Source: Actinomycetota bacterium (GTDB lineage: Bacteria > Actinomycetota > Actinomycetes > S36-B12 > UBA5976). From it: 64,000 nucleotides of DNA. The position numbers were made by a program, and so were the translations under genes. Positions 29,146 through 38,714 of this stretch are shown here, piece by piece (positions within the stretch are counted from its first letter, which is position 1; every line of letters starts with the position of its first letter). The stretch is from the NCBI GenBank assembly GCA_009698575.1, contig WLPX01000001.1:64924-128923 (forward strand), read 5' to 3'. Under the pieces are notes generated by a model. The model searched no databases, was not told where the DNA came from, and was given only the letters and a program-made list of their open reading frames with translations.

Positions 29146-29172
29146 TTTTTCAGTTCTCGAGAAACTGAAAAA
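29146..29172 (-). other. A/T-flanked stem-loop immediately after the permease stop (terminator/attenuator-like)
   Basis: tttttcagtt ctcgaga aactgaaaaa (10-bp stem), starting 2 nt from the stop at 29174. Confidence 0.5.
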
Positions 29173-29173
29173 C

Positions 29174-30220
29174 TTAGTTTCGTCCTGCCTTTGGATCTAA
29201 TGCATCTCGCAATGCATCACCCAACAGGTTGAACGATAAAACAGCCGCTAACAACATTGTCAGTGGCACACAAAAGTAAAATGGATCAACGGTGAAGTAG
29301 CCAACCGATTCTTCAAGCATCGAACCCCAAGTTGGTGTCGGTGGAATTACTGAAATACCAAGGAAGGCAAGCGCAGCTTCGGCACCAATTAATCCGGGCA
29401 TCGCGATCGTGGCATAAATCAAAATTGGCGCCCAAAGATTTGGCAATAGCTCGCGCCACAATATCCGACTATTACTTGAACCAATAGAAATTGCGGCTTC
29501 GACAAATTCGCGCTCCCGCAGTGAAAGCACTTGACCACGAATTAAGCGCGCCAAATATGGCCAACCAAAAATACTAAGCACCAAAATTAGAGTTGTGATT
29601 CGGGAAGGATTTCCCGCAGGCATTCCCCAAGCCTGTAAGCGCTGCTCCAAAACTGGGGACATTGCGATGATTACCAATAGCAGCGGGAACGCCAAAGTGA
29701 TATCCATAAAACGACTAAGTACTGCATCTGTCTTGCCGCGAGAGTTACCAGAAACGATTCCAACAACAGTGCCCATGACTACAGTGATGATCGTTGCAGA
29801 AACTGCAATGAAAAGTGAGATTCGCGAACCAAAAAGTAAGCGCGCCATGATGTCGCGACCAGTAAGTGGTTCAACACCAAGCGGGTGCTCAAGGGAGACT
29901 CCGCCAAATGGACCTAACGGCAAACTGCCAGCATCATTCAACAAATCGGTATTGAAGTCATATGGGTTGACGCCCAATAATTTTGAGATTAGCGGTCCAA
30001 AAATTGCAATAAACGTAATCAGCCCCAGCACATACATACTGACAACAGCAACGCGATCTTTGCGAAGGCGAGACCATGCGATCTGGCGAAGTGTCCGGCC
30101 AACAACCGCATCTTGGTTGACATCAGGGTCGAGCGAAGAAACGTCCAGAACTGTCATTTCCCAACCCTTCAAACCCAATGAGTCCCTGAAGTCTATTGGG
30201 GTTTGCTTGGCGTTTAACAA
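29174..30220 (-). CDS. Peptide ABC transporter permease (OppC/DppC-like)
   Basis: 348 aa with N-terminal extension typical of OppC plus a 6-TM core. EAA-like loop REREFVEAAISIGSS. Confidence 0.9.
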   Translation of the reverse strand: MLNAKQTPIDFRDSLGLKGWEMTVLDVSSLDPDVNQDAVVGRTLRQIAWSRLRKDRVAVVSMYVLGLITFIAIFGPLISKLLGVNPYDFNTDLLNDAGSLPLGPFGGVSLEHPLGVEPLTGRDIMARLLFGSRISLFIAVSATIITVVMGTVVGIVSGNSRGKTDAVLSRFMDITLAFPLLLVIIAMSPVLEQRLQAWGMPAGNPSRITTLILVLSIFGWPYLARLIRGQVLSLREREFVEAAISIGSSNSRILWRELLPNLWAPILIYATIAMPGLIGAEAALAFLGISVIPPTPTWGSMLEESVGYFTVDPFYFCVPLTMLLAAVLSFNLLGDALRDALDPKAGRN

Positions 30221-30262
30221 TCGTTTACTGGTTTGTGACTTTAATAAACTCGGAAAATCCCG

Positions 30263-32044
30263 CTATTTCAATGGGTTTTCGAGTTTTCCTACGTTCACAA
30301 TGTCATATTGGTTGCCCAAGGCAATTTGGACGTAAATATCGGTTAAATTCCTTGGTCGATAGAGCACCAGACGATCAACGCCATACGGAAGATAAACCGC
30401 CTCATTCATAACCAACTTTTCAATTGCTTTGCTCAAACGGGCAGCTTCAGCAGGTGTCGCTGCTGCATCGAGTTGATCCAGCAGAGAATTGATTTCATCA
30501 AGGTTTAGTTCTGCAAAATTTTGATTTGCAGCTGACTTAATCTTTCGGCCATCGACAAGTGGTGCCCAAAATGATAGAGCGGAAGAATAATCTGGCCCCC
30601 AGCCGGTTGCCGCAATTCCAATTTTTTGGGTACTCATGGTGTCTGGTGAGCCAATACCCGTCGTGAAGTATTCCGCAAAGTTTCCATACTCAACTGGGTC
30701 TACGACAATTCCGACACGTGCCAAACTCTTTTGTACCGATAAAAAGATATCTTTCCCAATTCCGATTGCAACATATGACATCTTCGTTTGAAATCCATCC
30801 GGATACCCACACTGTGCCAAACTCTCTCGAGCTTTCTTTATATTTCCTGATTCGTTACTGCCACTTGGATAAGGATTGTAAGAGTTGTCATAACCCAGAA
30901 TTGTTGGTGGGCTGATTGAATGGGCAATTGCTACGGATGCGCTGCCGCCTCGGACTGCTTGTAAATCCAATTTATCTAATGCATAAAAAATTGCATCCCG
31001 ACATGGGGCCCTATCTAGTGGTGGCACTTTTGGATTTACAAATAGAAAGTTTACAAAACCCATTTCAGGATTATCAATTAGTGCACGATTTTCTTTACTT
31101 ACCAGCGTCGCATCGCGGGCCAGTGGTGCCAATCCATAGTTCAGCTTGATATCAATTTCACCATTTATTAGTGCTCGATCAGTACTGTCACCATCTGGAA
31201 AAACTTTCCAAGACATAGCGTCAACTTTTGGAATTCGAATCCCATCTGATTCTTGTGTCCAAAATTGATTTTTGGTGAATGAATAAAGTGCATCGGACTG
31301 ATCAATGGCAAGTACGAATGGGCCATTAGACGCTGGGTTAGTTTTATATGTGGATCCGGCAGCCCGCAACTCGATATCGCGAGCCATTTGAATTGGGGCA
31401 AACTGAGGTGTAGCTAGGAGGCGAGAAAATTCCGAAAATGGTCTAGTTAAATTAAAGGTAACCGTACGTTCATCAGGTGTAATAATTGCGGGCAAATCTT
31501 CAGTAGGCGAAACATAAGGACCTTTGTAATCTGGCACACCTTTTGTGCATAGTGTGAATAAACAAAGTGTTTCTAATGAAATTGGACTCTGAAGTGAGTC
31601 ATCGTAAAGGCGCTGAATCGCATACTTAACATCATATGAAGTAACTGGCGTGCCATCGCTCCAAAAGACGTCGTCACGCAATGTGTATGTCCATACTGTC
31701 GAGTCTGTATTCACAACTGGCAGGTCAACTACTAAATCTGGTGTGACTGACAAACCTTTATCACCTGGCTTACCTGCAAACGACATCAGGTTTCTAGAAA
31801 ATATGCGTTGAACAACCAAGCACCATGAATCAAAAGTTTGTGCTGAATCTAGGGAATCACAAGTTGCTGAAGATCCGAGTCGAAGAAGTCCGCCCGAAGT
31901 ATCACCTTCACCTACCGCACGAGTTAGACCTGCATTAAATCCACCCGGTGAATTAGTAAGTACTGTTGAGCCTGTAACTGCAGGCACGAATGCAAGGACT
32001 ACAGCAGCCAGCAGGCCAAACTTTAATCCAGTGTTTGCCTTCAT
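30263..32044 (-). CDS. Second family-5 ABC substrate-binding protein (signal peptide without lipobox cysteine)
   Basis: 593 aa. N-terminus MKANTGLKFGLLAAVVLAFVPAVTGS has no Cys. Family-5 SBP-like length and pattern. The start is 9 nt after the typA stop. Confidence 0.75.
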   Translation of the reverse strand: MKANTGLKFGLLAAVVLAFVPAVTGSTVLTNSPGGFNAGLTRAVGEGDTSGGLLRLGSSATCDSLDSAQTFDSWCLVVQRIFSRNLMSFAGKPGDKGLSVTPDLVVDLPVVNTDSTVWTYTLRDDVFWSDGTPVTSYDVKYAIQRLYDDSLQSPISLETLCLFTLCTKGVPDYKGPYVSPTEDLPAIITPDERTVTFNLTRPFSEFSRLLATPQFAPIQMARDIELRAAGSTYKTNPASNGPFVLAIDQSDALYSFTKNQFWTQESDGIRIPKVDAMSWKVFPDGDSTDRALINGEIDIKLNYGLAPLARDATLVSKENRALIDNPEMGFVNFLFVNPKVPPLDRAPCRDAIFYALDKLDLQAVRGGSASVAIAHSISPPTILGYDNSYNPYPSGSNESGNIKKARESLAQCGYPDGFQTKMSYVAIGIGKDIFLSVQKSLARVGIVVDPVEYGNFAEYFTTGIGSPDTMSTQKIGIAATGWGPDYSSALSFWAPLVDGRKIKSAANQNFAELNLDEINSLLDQLDAAATPAEAARLSKAIEKLVMNEAVYLPYGVDRLVLYRPRNLTDIYVQIALGNQYDIVNVGKLENPLK

Positions 32045-32053
32045 GTTCTCGAC

Positions 32054-33925
32054 CTAGTTATTGCGGGCTTTCGAGCGATTTCGATCGCGATCTACTTTTG
32101 CCAGTTGGACTTTTCGAATCCGAACTGCGGTCGGGGTAACTTCGACACATTCATCTTCTCGACAGAACTCAAGCGCTTGCTCCAGACTCAATACTTTTGC
32201 TGGGATCAGGCGCTCTAATTCATCACCTGTTGCCTGGCGGACGTTTGTTAACTTCTTTTCCCTTACTACGTTGACATCCATGTCTTCGGCTCTAGCATTC
32301 TCACCGATTACCATGCCTTCATACACTTCAGTTGTCGGAGAAACGAATAATGTGCCACGTTCCTGTAGTCCAAAGCAGGCGTATGAAGTTACGGCTCCTC
32401 TGCGGTCCGATACTAATGAGCCAGATGGTCGCGTGCGCAATTCACCAAACCAAGATTCGTACTTTTCAAAGATGTGATGCATTAAGCCAGTTCCACGGGT
32501 TTCAGTCAAGAATTCAGTGCGGAAACCAATTAGGCCACGAGCTGGAACGATGTATTCCATTCGCACCCAGCCAGTGCCGTGGTTAACCATCTGCTCAAGG
32601 CGACCTTTTCGCAAACCTAAAAGCTGGGTTACTACCCCAACGTAATCTTCTGGGACGTCAATTGTTAGCCGCTCCATTGGTTCATGAACTTTGCCATCAA
32701 TTTCTTTAGTAACAACCTGTGGCTTGCCAACTGTCATTTCATATTTCTCGCGGCGCATAAGTTCAACTAGAACTGCAAGTTGTAATTCACCACGACCTTG
32801 GACTTCCCAAGTATCAGGTCGTTCCGTTTCTAAAACACGAATAGAAACGTTACCTACGATCTCGGCTTCAAGTCTGGTCTTTAACAGGCGAGCTGTGACT
32901 TTAGTTCCAGTTTCACCTGCAAGCGGCGAGCTGTTGATTCCAATTGTCATAGAAATTGATGGCTCATCAACAGTAAATAATGGCAGTGCTTTTGGATTTT
33001 CTGGATCAGCCAAAGTTTCGCCGATCGTGATCGTCTCGAAACCAGCAATCGCAATAATGTCACCAGGTCCAGCAGAGTCAACTGGAACTCGATCTAGGGC
33101 CTGCGTCATTAGCAATTCAACAACTTTGGCACGTTCAGATGTGCCATCGGACTTCATCCAAGCAACTTGTTGACCTTTATTGATAGTTCCATTGATAACG
33201 CGGCAAAGCGCAAGGCGACCAAGATAAGGAGATGAGTCAAGGTTGGTAACGTGTGCCTGCAATGGTGCATCTGGATCGTAAGTAGGTGCCGGGATATGAT
33301 TAATCAGCGTTTCGAAAAGTGGTTCTAAGTTTTCTTCATCTGGCATTCCGCCATCGACAGGTCGAGTTAGTGAAGCTCGACCAGCCTTCGCTGAGGCATA
33401 GACAATTGGAAATTGAATCTGCTCTTCATCCGCATCCAAATCGAAAAATAGTTCATAAGTTTCATCGACTACTTCCGCAATTCGAGCATCCGGCCGATCG
33501 ACTTTGTTGATAAGTAGAATTACGGGAAGGCGCTTCTGCAATGCTTTGCGAAGTACGAAACGGGTTTGTGGCAGCGGGCCCTCACTGGCATCAACTAGCA
33601 GCACTACGCCATCAACCATCTCTAGACCACGTTCAACTTCGCCACCGAAGTCCGCGTGCCCGGGCGTGTCAATAATATTTAGAGTTACGCCACCTTCTTG
33701 AGCAGCTGGTCCTAGGTACCTGACTGCGGTGTTCTTGGCCAGGATGGTAATTCCCTTTTCCCGCTCCAAATCCATGGAGTCCATGACGCGGTCGTTTACG
33801 TCTTGGTTCGCACGGAATGCACCAGATTGCCACAGCATGGCGTCAACTAGCGTGGTTTTTCCATGGTCAACGTGGGCAATAATTGCAACATTTCGAAGGT
33901 CGTTGCGAACGGCAGATTGGGTCAC
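32054..33925 (-). CDS. typA: Translational GTPase TypA/BipA
   Basis: [14 protein letters not shown] and NKVD G-motifs, with EF-G-like domains. Confidence 0.95.
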   Translation of the reverse strand: MTQSAVRNDLRNVAIIAHVDHGKTTLVDAMLWQSGAFRANQDVNDRVMDSMDLEREKGITILAKNTAVRYLGPAAQEGGVTLNIIDTPGHADFGGEVERGLEMVDGVVLLVDASEGPLPQTRFVLRKALQKRLPVILLINKVDRPDARIAEVVDETYELFFDLDADEEQIQFPIVYASAKAGRASLTRPVDGGMPDEENLEPLFETLINHIPAPTYDPDAPLQAHVTNLDSSPYLGRLALCRVINGTINKGQQVAWMKSDGTSERAKVVELLMTQALDRVPVDSAGPGDIIAIAGFETITIGETLADPENPKALPLFTVDEPSISMTIGINSSPLAGETGTKVTARLLKTRLEAEIVGNVSIRVLETERPDTWEVQGRGELQLAVLVELMRREKYEMTVGKPQVVTKEIDGKVHEPMERLTIDVPEDYVGVVTQLLGLRKGRLEQMVNHGTGWVRMEYIVPARGLIGFRTEFLTETRGTGLMHHIFEKYESWFGELRTRPSGSLVSDRRGAVTSYACFGLQERGTLFVSPTTEVYEGMVIGENARAEDMDVNVVREKKLTNVRQATGDELERLIPAKVLSLEQALEFCREDECVEVTPTAVRIRKVQLAKVDRDRNRSKARNN

Positions 33926-34007
33926 TGTCCTTATTCTAGTTGAGAATTACTAACCCAAAGAACCAAGGAAGCCCAGCCTTTGTTGCTAACGGCCCTAAGG
34001 TGTATCT

Positions 34008-35114
34008 GTGGTATTTAAACTGGAAAATTCACCCACTCTTGCGCCCGGTTCAATAAATTTTTGCTGGGGATTTGGAAAAACATATCCAAATGTGCAGCAG
34101 CAAATTTTTGATTTGATTGAAGCGCAATTGCCCCCAGGAGTAGTGACACATACTGTCGAAGATGCGGTTTCTGGTGCAGTCAATCTCTCCCTTTTTATTC
34201 GACAGGGTCGAGAGCAGGATGATTCACATAAGGTTGCCGCAGAAGTTATTTTGGCTCATGGCATTGCAGATAAGCGTTACTTCTTTACCCAAGATTCGAC
34301 GACCTCAATGCCCCTCGCAAATGAGTACGAATACCTATTAGTGCCAGGAAGCTGGCATGTAAATCGATTGATTGAGGGAACTTACCGACGTAACCCGCAC
34401 TACCAAATTACGGTTGAGCAGAAACAAATTAAGAAAGTTGGTTGGTTGCGGTTAGACCCACTAATTCATGAGTCAAAACATCGTGATCGGGAGCCGCATC
34501 ATCGGCTTCGCATACTTTGGGCACCGACACATAACGTAATCCCACGCAGTAATGAAAAAATAATTGACACTGTGGCGCCATCGAGTCTTCCTGGGTTTAA
34601 GACTCATGTAAAACAACTTGCCGAAAGATACATTTTTCGAGTGTCGCTTCACCCGCGGAACAGATCAGATCGAACCCCAACGGGAAATCAACTTGTTTGG
34701 TCCGACGTTGTGATTAGTGATTTCGGCACGATGGTTTACGAGGCCTGGGCGCTAGGTAAGCCAGTAATTTTCCCGCGCTGGGCGATCGATGTAGAGACTT
34801 TAATTACGCGCAATCCACTGAGTGCGGAATCGTATATCTATCGAAATCGAATTGGGCTACATCCTGAGTCTCTTGCGGAAATGCAAGAGATGCTGGATGA
34901 GATCCAGAGCCACTTAGTTGGAAACTACTTAATTCGGCTACTAAAGCGACTAACTCGCATAAAGACACCTCGAAAAAGTGCAGCCGACTATCGCGGCAAA
35001 GGAGTAGCTGAGTTTGTTGATCATTACATTGATCCGACTAATCGAGGCCAGGATGCGAAACGCACTGCAAATGTCTTGATAGAAATAGCTCAGACTCGAG
35101 AAAACTTAGTTTAA
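34008..35114 (+). CDS. TagB/TagF-like CDP-glycerol/ribitol phosphotransferase-family protein (tentative)
   Basis: Motifs resembling Glyphos_transf: ILAHGIADK (cf. WHG), ILWAPTHN (cf. YAPTWR), SLHPRN, SDVVISDFGTMVYEAWALGKPVIF (cf. LITDYSS...KPIIF). GTG start. Confidence 0.5.
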   Translation: MVFKLENSPTLAPGSINFCWGFGKTYPNVQQQIFDLIEAQLPPGVVTHTVEDAVSGAVNLSLFIRQGREQDDSHKVAAEVILAHGIADKRYFFTQDSTTSMPLANEYEYLLVPGSWHVNRLIEGTYRRNPHYQITVEQKQIKKVGWLRLDPLIHESKHRDREPHHRLRILWAPTHNVIPRSNEKIIDTVAPSSLPGFKTHVKQLAERYIFRVSLHPRNRSDRTPTGNQLVWSDVVISDFGTMVYEAWALGKPVIFPRWAIDVETLITRNPLSAESYIYRNRIGLHPESLAEMQEMLDEIQSHLVGNYLIRLLKRLTRIKTPRKSAADYRGKGVAEFVDHYIDPTNRGQDAKRTANVLIEIAQTRENLV

Positions 35115-35172
35115 GAAGTTTCTCAGACAGTTCTTGGCTAATTCTTAACTAATTGCCATCTAACATGAAAGT

Positions 35173-36057
35173 ATGCGCCTACGACTAGTTGCCCCAGTTC
35201 TTGCGGTCTTGATGTTTTCCACGTTGGTTGGCACGGCTCAAGCGGAATCAGGAGTGACAATAGTCGCAGTTGGTGATGTGGCTAGATCCGGAGGTGCGCA
35301 ATCCAAAACAGCCACACTTACTAAGAATATAAATCCGAAGAAAGTTCTGTTAATCGGAGATTTGGCTTACCAAAAAGGATCTGACTACGAATTTAGAAAG
35401 TACTTTTTGCCTAAATGGAAACAGTTTCTTGGTAAAACCTGGGCTGTACCTGGCAATCATGAATACAAAACGGAAAATGCTTCTGGGTATCGCAATGTCA
35501 TAGCCAAATATTCAATGCCAAGCACAAATGGCGACTTATGGTGGGTTAAGCGAACGGGTTACTGGTCAGTGATTGGGCTTGATAGTGAAGCTCTCACAGG
35601 AGCTAGCGGTACTAAGCAATTAGATTTCTTGCGTCAGGCTTTACTAGATAACGATGGAAGACCAACGATTGTCACGTGGCATCGTCCAACTTACTCGCGT
35701 GGATACCATGGAAATCAAACTGACACTATGCAAATTTGGAACATCGTTAGTGCGGATAAAGATGTGAAGTTAGTACTTTGGGGTCATGATCACAACTATG
35801 AGCAAGTGCAGCGAACCATTTCCCCCGGAAGTTCAAACGAACATAAAGTTAATACAATTTTAGTTGGAACAGGCGGCGCCGAGTTGCGAGCGTGTAGTAC
35901 TCCCAACATTCCAGGTGAATTGATTTGCGGTAAAAAAAATAATTACGGCGTATTAAAGTTGACACTAAAATCCAGTAGCTACTCTTGGACTTATCGAAAT
36001 GCAAATGGTAACAAGTTTGGAAAAATATTAGATAAGGGAACAGTTACATTCAACTAG
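35173..36057 (+). CDS. Secreted calcineurin-like metallophosphoesterase
   Basis: Signal peptide ending AQA-ES. Motifs GDVA, GDLAY, GNHEY, WHRP, GHDHNYE. Confidence 0.8.
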   Translation: MRLRLVAPVLAVLMFSTLVGTAQAESGVTIVAVGDVARSGGAQSKTATLTKNINPKKVLLIGDLAYQKGSDYEFRKYFLPKWKQFLGKTWAVPGNHEYKTENASGYRNVIAKYSMPSTNGDLWWVKRTGYWSVIGLDSEALTGASGTKQLDFLRQALLDNDGRPTIVTWHRPTYSRGYHGNQTDTMQIWNIVSADKDVKLVLWGHDHNYEQVQRTISPGSSNEHKVNTILVGTGGAELRACSTPNIPGELICGKKNNYGVLKLTLKSSSYSWTYRNANGNKFGKILDKGTVTFN

Positions 36058-36173
36058 ACGTTGCTTCCTATCAATTCAACTTTGCTTATTGGTTGAATTC
36101 CGGTTCAACTAGACGTTGCTTCCTATCAATTCAACTTTGCTTTTTGGTTGAATTCCGGTTCAACTAGACGTTG
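36049..36173. repeat. Tandem direct repeat, period 55 nt, about 2.3 copies
   Basis: Units at 36051-36105 and 36106-36160 differ by 1 mismatch, and a partial third copy spans 36161-36173. The first unit begins in the last codons (TTC AAC TAG) of the phosphoesterase gene. Confidence 0.95.
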
Positions 36174-36187
36174 AACCGGAATTCAAC
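36147..36187. terminator. 18-bp perfect stem-loop overlapping the ychF stop and last six codons
   Basis: gttgaattccggttcaac tagac gttgaaccggaattcaac. The left arm is also present in the upstream repeat copy (36092-36109). Confidence 0.55.
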
Positions 36188-37237
36188 AACATCCCCATCA
36201 GACATGACATACTCTTTGCCTTCCATCCGCACTTTGCCCTTTGCTTTGGCATCAGCTACCGATCCAGCTTCAGTTAGGTCAGAAAAAGCAACAATTTCAG
36301 CTTTGATGAAACCCTTTTGAAAATCAGTGTGGATGACTCCTGCTGCCTCTGGCGCAGTTGCGCCAACTGGGATCGTCCAGGCACGGGTTTCTTTTGGACC
36401 TGCGGTTAAGTAAGTTTGCAAACCCAAAGTCTTAAAACCAACCCGGGAAAGAATTGCAATTCCACTTTCGTTTTGCCCCACAGATTGCAATAGTTCCAAA
36501 GCTTCTTCGTCAGGCAATTCGCTAAGTTCCGATTCGAGCTTGGCATTCATGAACACTGCTTCTACTGGTGCAACTAGTGCGCTCAATTCTTGCTTAAGAG
36601 AATCATCAGTCAATTCTTCTTCGTCTAAATTGAAAACATAAAGAAATGGTTTTGCAGTTAACAAAAATAACTCGCGAATTGGCTGGTAATCCAAGCCTGA
36701 TTCAAAAATAGTTTTTCCGGAATTTAGGATTTCAACAGCTTTTTCTGCCGTAGCTAAAGCTTCGGCTTTAGATTTGTCAATCCGAGCTTCTTTTTGCAAA
36801 CGAGTCATTGCTTTTTCTAAAGTTTGCATATCAGCCAGAATTAATTCGGTATTAATGGTTTCGATGTCATCTTTTGGTGAAATCGCACCGTCAACGTGTA
36901 CGACATCGGGATCCTTAAAGGCCCGAATAACCTGGCAAATTGCCTCTGATTCTCGAATGTTTGCTAAAAACTTATTACCAAGACCTTCGCCTTCACTTGC
37001 ACCACGCACGATTCCAGCAATGTCCACAAAAGTTACGGTTGCCGGCAGAATTCGCTCTGATGAAAATATATTCGCCAGTACCGACAGTCGAGCATCTGGG
37101 ACTTCGACGACGCCGGTATTTGGCTCAATGGTGGCAAAAGGATAATTGGCAGCTAGCACATTATTTTTGGTCAGTGCATTAAACAATGTCGATTTTCCGA
37201 CGTTCGGTAATCCGACGATTCCAATAGTTAGGGCCAC
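36164..37237 (-). CDS. ychF: Redox-regulated ribosome-binding ATPase YchF
   Basis: GIVGLPNVGKSTLFNA P-loop, TGS-type C-terminus. Confidence 0.95.
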   Translation of the reverse strand: MALTIGIVGLPNVGKSTLFNALTKNNVLAANYPFATIEPNTGVVEVPDARLSVLANIFSSERILPATVTFVDIAGIVRGASEGEGLGNKFLANIRESEAICQVIRAFKDPDVVHVDGAISPKDDIETINTELILADMQTLEKAMTRLQKEARIDKSKAEALATAEKAVEILNSGKTIFESGLDYQPIRELFLLTAKPFLYVFNLDEEELTDDSLKQELSALVAPVEAVFMNAKLESELSELPDEEALELLQSVGQNESGIAILSRVGFKTLGLQTYLTAGPKETRAWTIPVGATAPEAAGVIHTDFQKGFIKAEIVAFSDLTEAGSVADAKAKGKVRMEGKEYVMSDGDVVEFRFNV

Positions 37238-37304
37238 GGCACATAAGCGTATCTGTTAAATAAGCCCCCTGGAGACCAGCCCAAGAACCCGATACCGTTA
37301 GGTC

Positions 37305-37715
37305 ATGACAATAACCAACATAGAGGCTACCGAAGTCACGCCCGCGAGCCTTGGGTGGACGTATCCAGGGGTCATTATTCTGACAAGCGCGGCCATGATG
37401 GTTGTGATGGCACTTGACGTTATCTTTACCGGAGACATTGGGTTAGTTTCAAACATCGGTCTGGTTGTTGTGTGCCTGATTTCTGCTCTGAAAGTCCGTA
37501 CTGCGGACTACCAAGCTGCCATCTGGGTCGCCCCAATTGCCTGGTTGGTGTCATTGCTAACAGTTGGGCAATTGGCACCAATGCGCGGTGGCTCGTTTCT
37601 GCGGGAACAGGTTTTGCATCTTGCTTACGGACTTGCAATGCATGCTTGGTGGATTCTTGGGGCAACCGCTCTAAGCGCTGGCGTTTCAATCTTTAGGCGC
37701 GGTCGGCGGCCTTAA
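37305..37715 (+). CDS. Conserved integral membrane protein (4 TM) between ychF and ispH
   Basis: 136-aa hydrophobic ORF, positional equivalent of the mycobacterial membrane protein between ychF and lytB. Its 3' end overlaps ispH by 23 nt. Confidence 0.55.
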   Translation: MTITNIEATEVTPASLGWTYPGVIILTSAAMMVVMALDVIFTGDIGLVSNIGLVVVCLISALKVRTADYQAAIWVAPIAWLVSLLTVGQLAPMRGGSFLREQVLHLAYGLAMHAWWILGATALSAGVSIFRRGRRP

Positions 37716-38655
37716 TATCTCGGCGAAGCTCAGGTGGCAACGCAAAAATCAAGTGCTCTTCAATAGTTTCAACTTCTTGCACGTCGGTATAGCCGCGCTC
37801 AGCTAACCAAACCAAAACACTATCTACTAAGATCTCGGGCACTGATGCACCACTTGTTAACCCAACGGTGTTAGCACCAGAGATCCACTCTTCGTTAATT
37901 TCGCCAGCAAAGTCAACGCGGTAGGCAGCTCCAGCACCAGCTTCTAATGCAACGTCGACCAAGCGCACGGTGTTCGAGGAATTCGCAGAACCAACAACTA
38001 GCATCACGTCGCACGCTTGTGATATTTCTTTAACTGCCTTTTGCCGATTTTGTGTCGCGTAGCAAATATCATCACTTGGCGGATCAATTAAGTTTGGGTA
38101 TTTAGCGCGAAGTAAATCTACGGTTTCTAATGTTTCATCGACTGACAATGTTGTTTGAGACAACCAAGCAACTGGCCGTGTCGGATCAACTTCGATTTCT
38201 TGTACATGTGCCGGACCATCAACCAATGTCATGTTGGCAGGAGCTTCGCCCATTGTGCCTTCGACTTCTTCATGGCCTTCGTGGCCGATGAAAAGAATTT
38301 GATAATCATCACTGGCAAATCGACGCGCCTCAGAATGAACCTTTGTGACCAATGGGCACGTAGCATCGATTGTCTTTAAGTTTCGTTGGGCCGCTTCCTC
38401 GTGGACCGCAGGCGACACTCCATGAGCGCTGAAAACTACCGTTGCGCCTTCGGGCACTTCATCAGTTTCACTAACAAAAATGGCACCTTTAGCCTCAAGT
38501 TCAGTAACCACATATTTGTTATGGACAATTTCCTTACGAACATATATGGGTGCGCCGTGTACGGCAAGCGACTTTTCAACAGTCTCTACTGCTCGATCAA
38601 CACCAGCACAATAACCCCGTGGTTTGGCAAGCAGGACTTTTTTGGTTGTACTCAC
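37693..38655 (-). CDS. ispH: 4-hydroxy-3-methylbut-2-enyl diphosphate reductase
   Basis: 320 aa. [22 protein letters not shown] and three conserved Cys regions of IspH/LytB. Confidence 0.95.
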   Translation of the reverse strand: MSTTKKVLLAKPRGYCAGVDRAVETVEKSLAVHGAPIYVRKEIVHNKYVVTELEAKGAIFVSETDEVPEGATVVFSAHGVSPAVHEEAAQRNLKTIDATCPLVTKVHSEARRFASDDYQILFIGHEGHEEVEGTMGEAPANMTLVDGPAHVQEIEVDPTRPVAWLSQTTLSVDETLETVDLLRAKYPNLIDPPSDDICYATQNRQKAVKEISQACDVMLVVGSANSSNTVRLVDVALEAGAGAAYRVDFAGEINEEWISGANTVGLTSGASVPEILVDSVLVWLAERGYTDVQEVETIEEHLIFALPPELRRDIKAADRA

Positions 38656-38714
38656 TCTCCTATCGTAAGCCAGTACCCTGTGCCGTGCTTTGCAGCATTA
38701 GGCACAATAGAGCC

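Noticed and set aside
29151-29182. Shared ctcgagaaa...aaaacttagttt strings between the hairpin after the OppC-like gene and the 3' end of the TagF-like gene (35092-35115)
   Set aside because: The longest exact shared word is 12 nt. In 64 kb, hundreds of 12-mer coincidences are expected (about 4e9 position pairs over 1.7e7 possible words), so this is not evidence of a repeat family.
29595-30335. 246-aa plus-strand ORF, the longest unexplained ORF in the track
   Set aside because: It is almost entirely antisense to the well-supported OppC-like permease (its 3' end runs into the 5' end of the SBP2 gene). Its composition is S/T/P/R-rich with no recognisable motif and no RBS. It is a typical shadow ORF of a mid/high-GC coding region.
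33931-33946. tctagttgagaatt upstream of typA resembles the reverse complement of the 36147-36169 repeat (tctagttgaaccggaatt), hinting at terminal inverted repeats around the 34008-36057 cassette
   Set aside because: Only 9+5 matching nucleotides with an indel. Matches of this length are expected by chance between two ~100-nt regions at a few percent. There is no transposase and no target-site duplication.
38550-38714. N-terminal extension of xseA in the ORF track (start 38550), overlapping ispH by about 100 nt
   Set aside because: The extension ([22 protein letters not shown]...) has no XseA homology and overlaps the 5' part of ispH on the other strand. ATG 38715 gives a normal OB-fold N-terminus.
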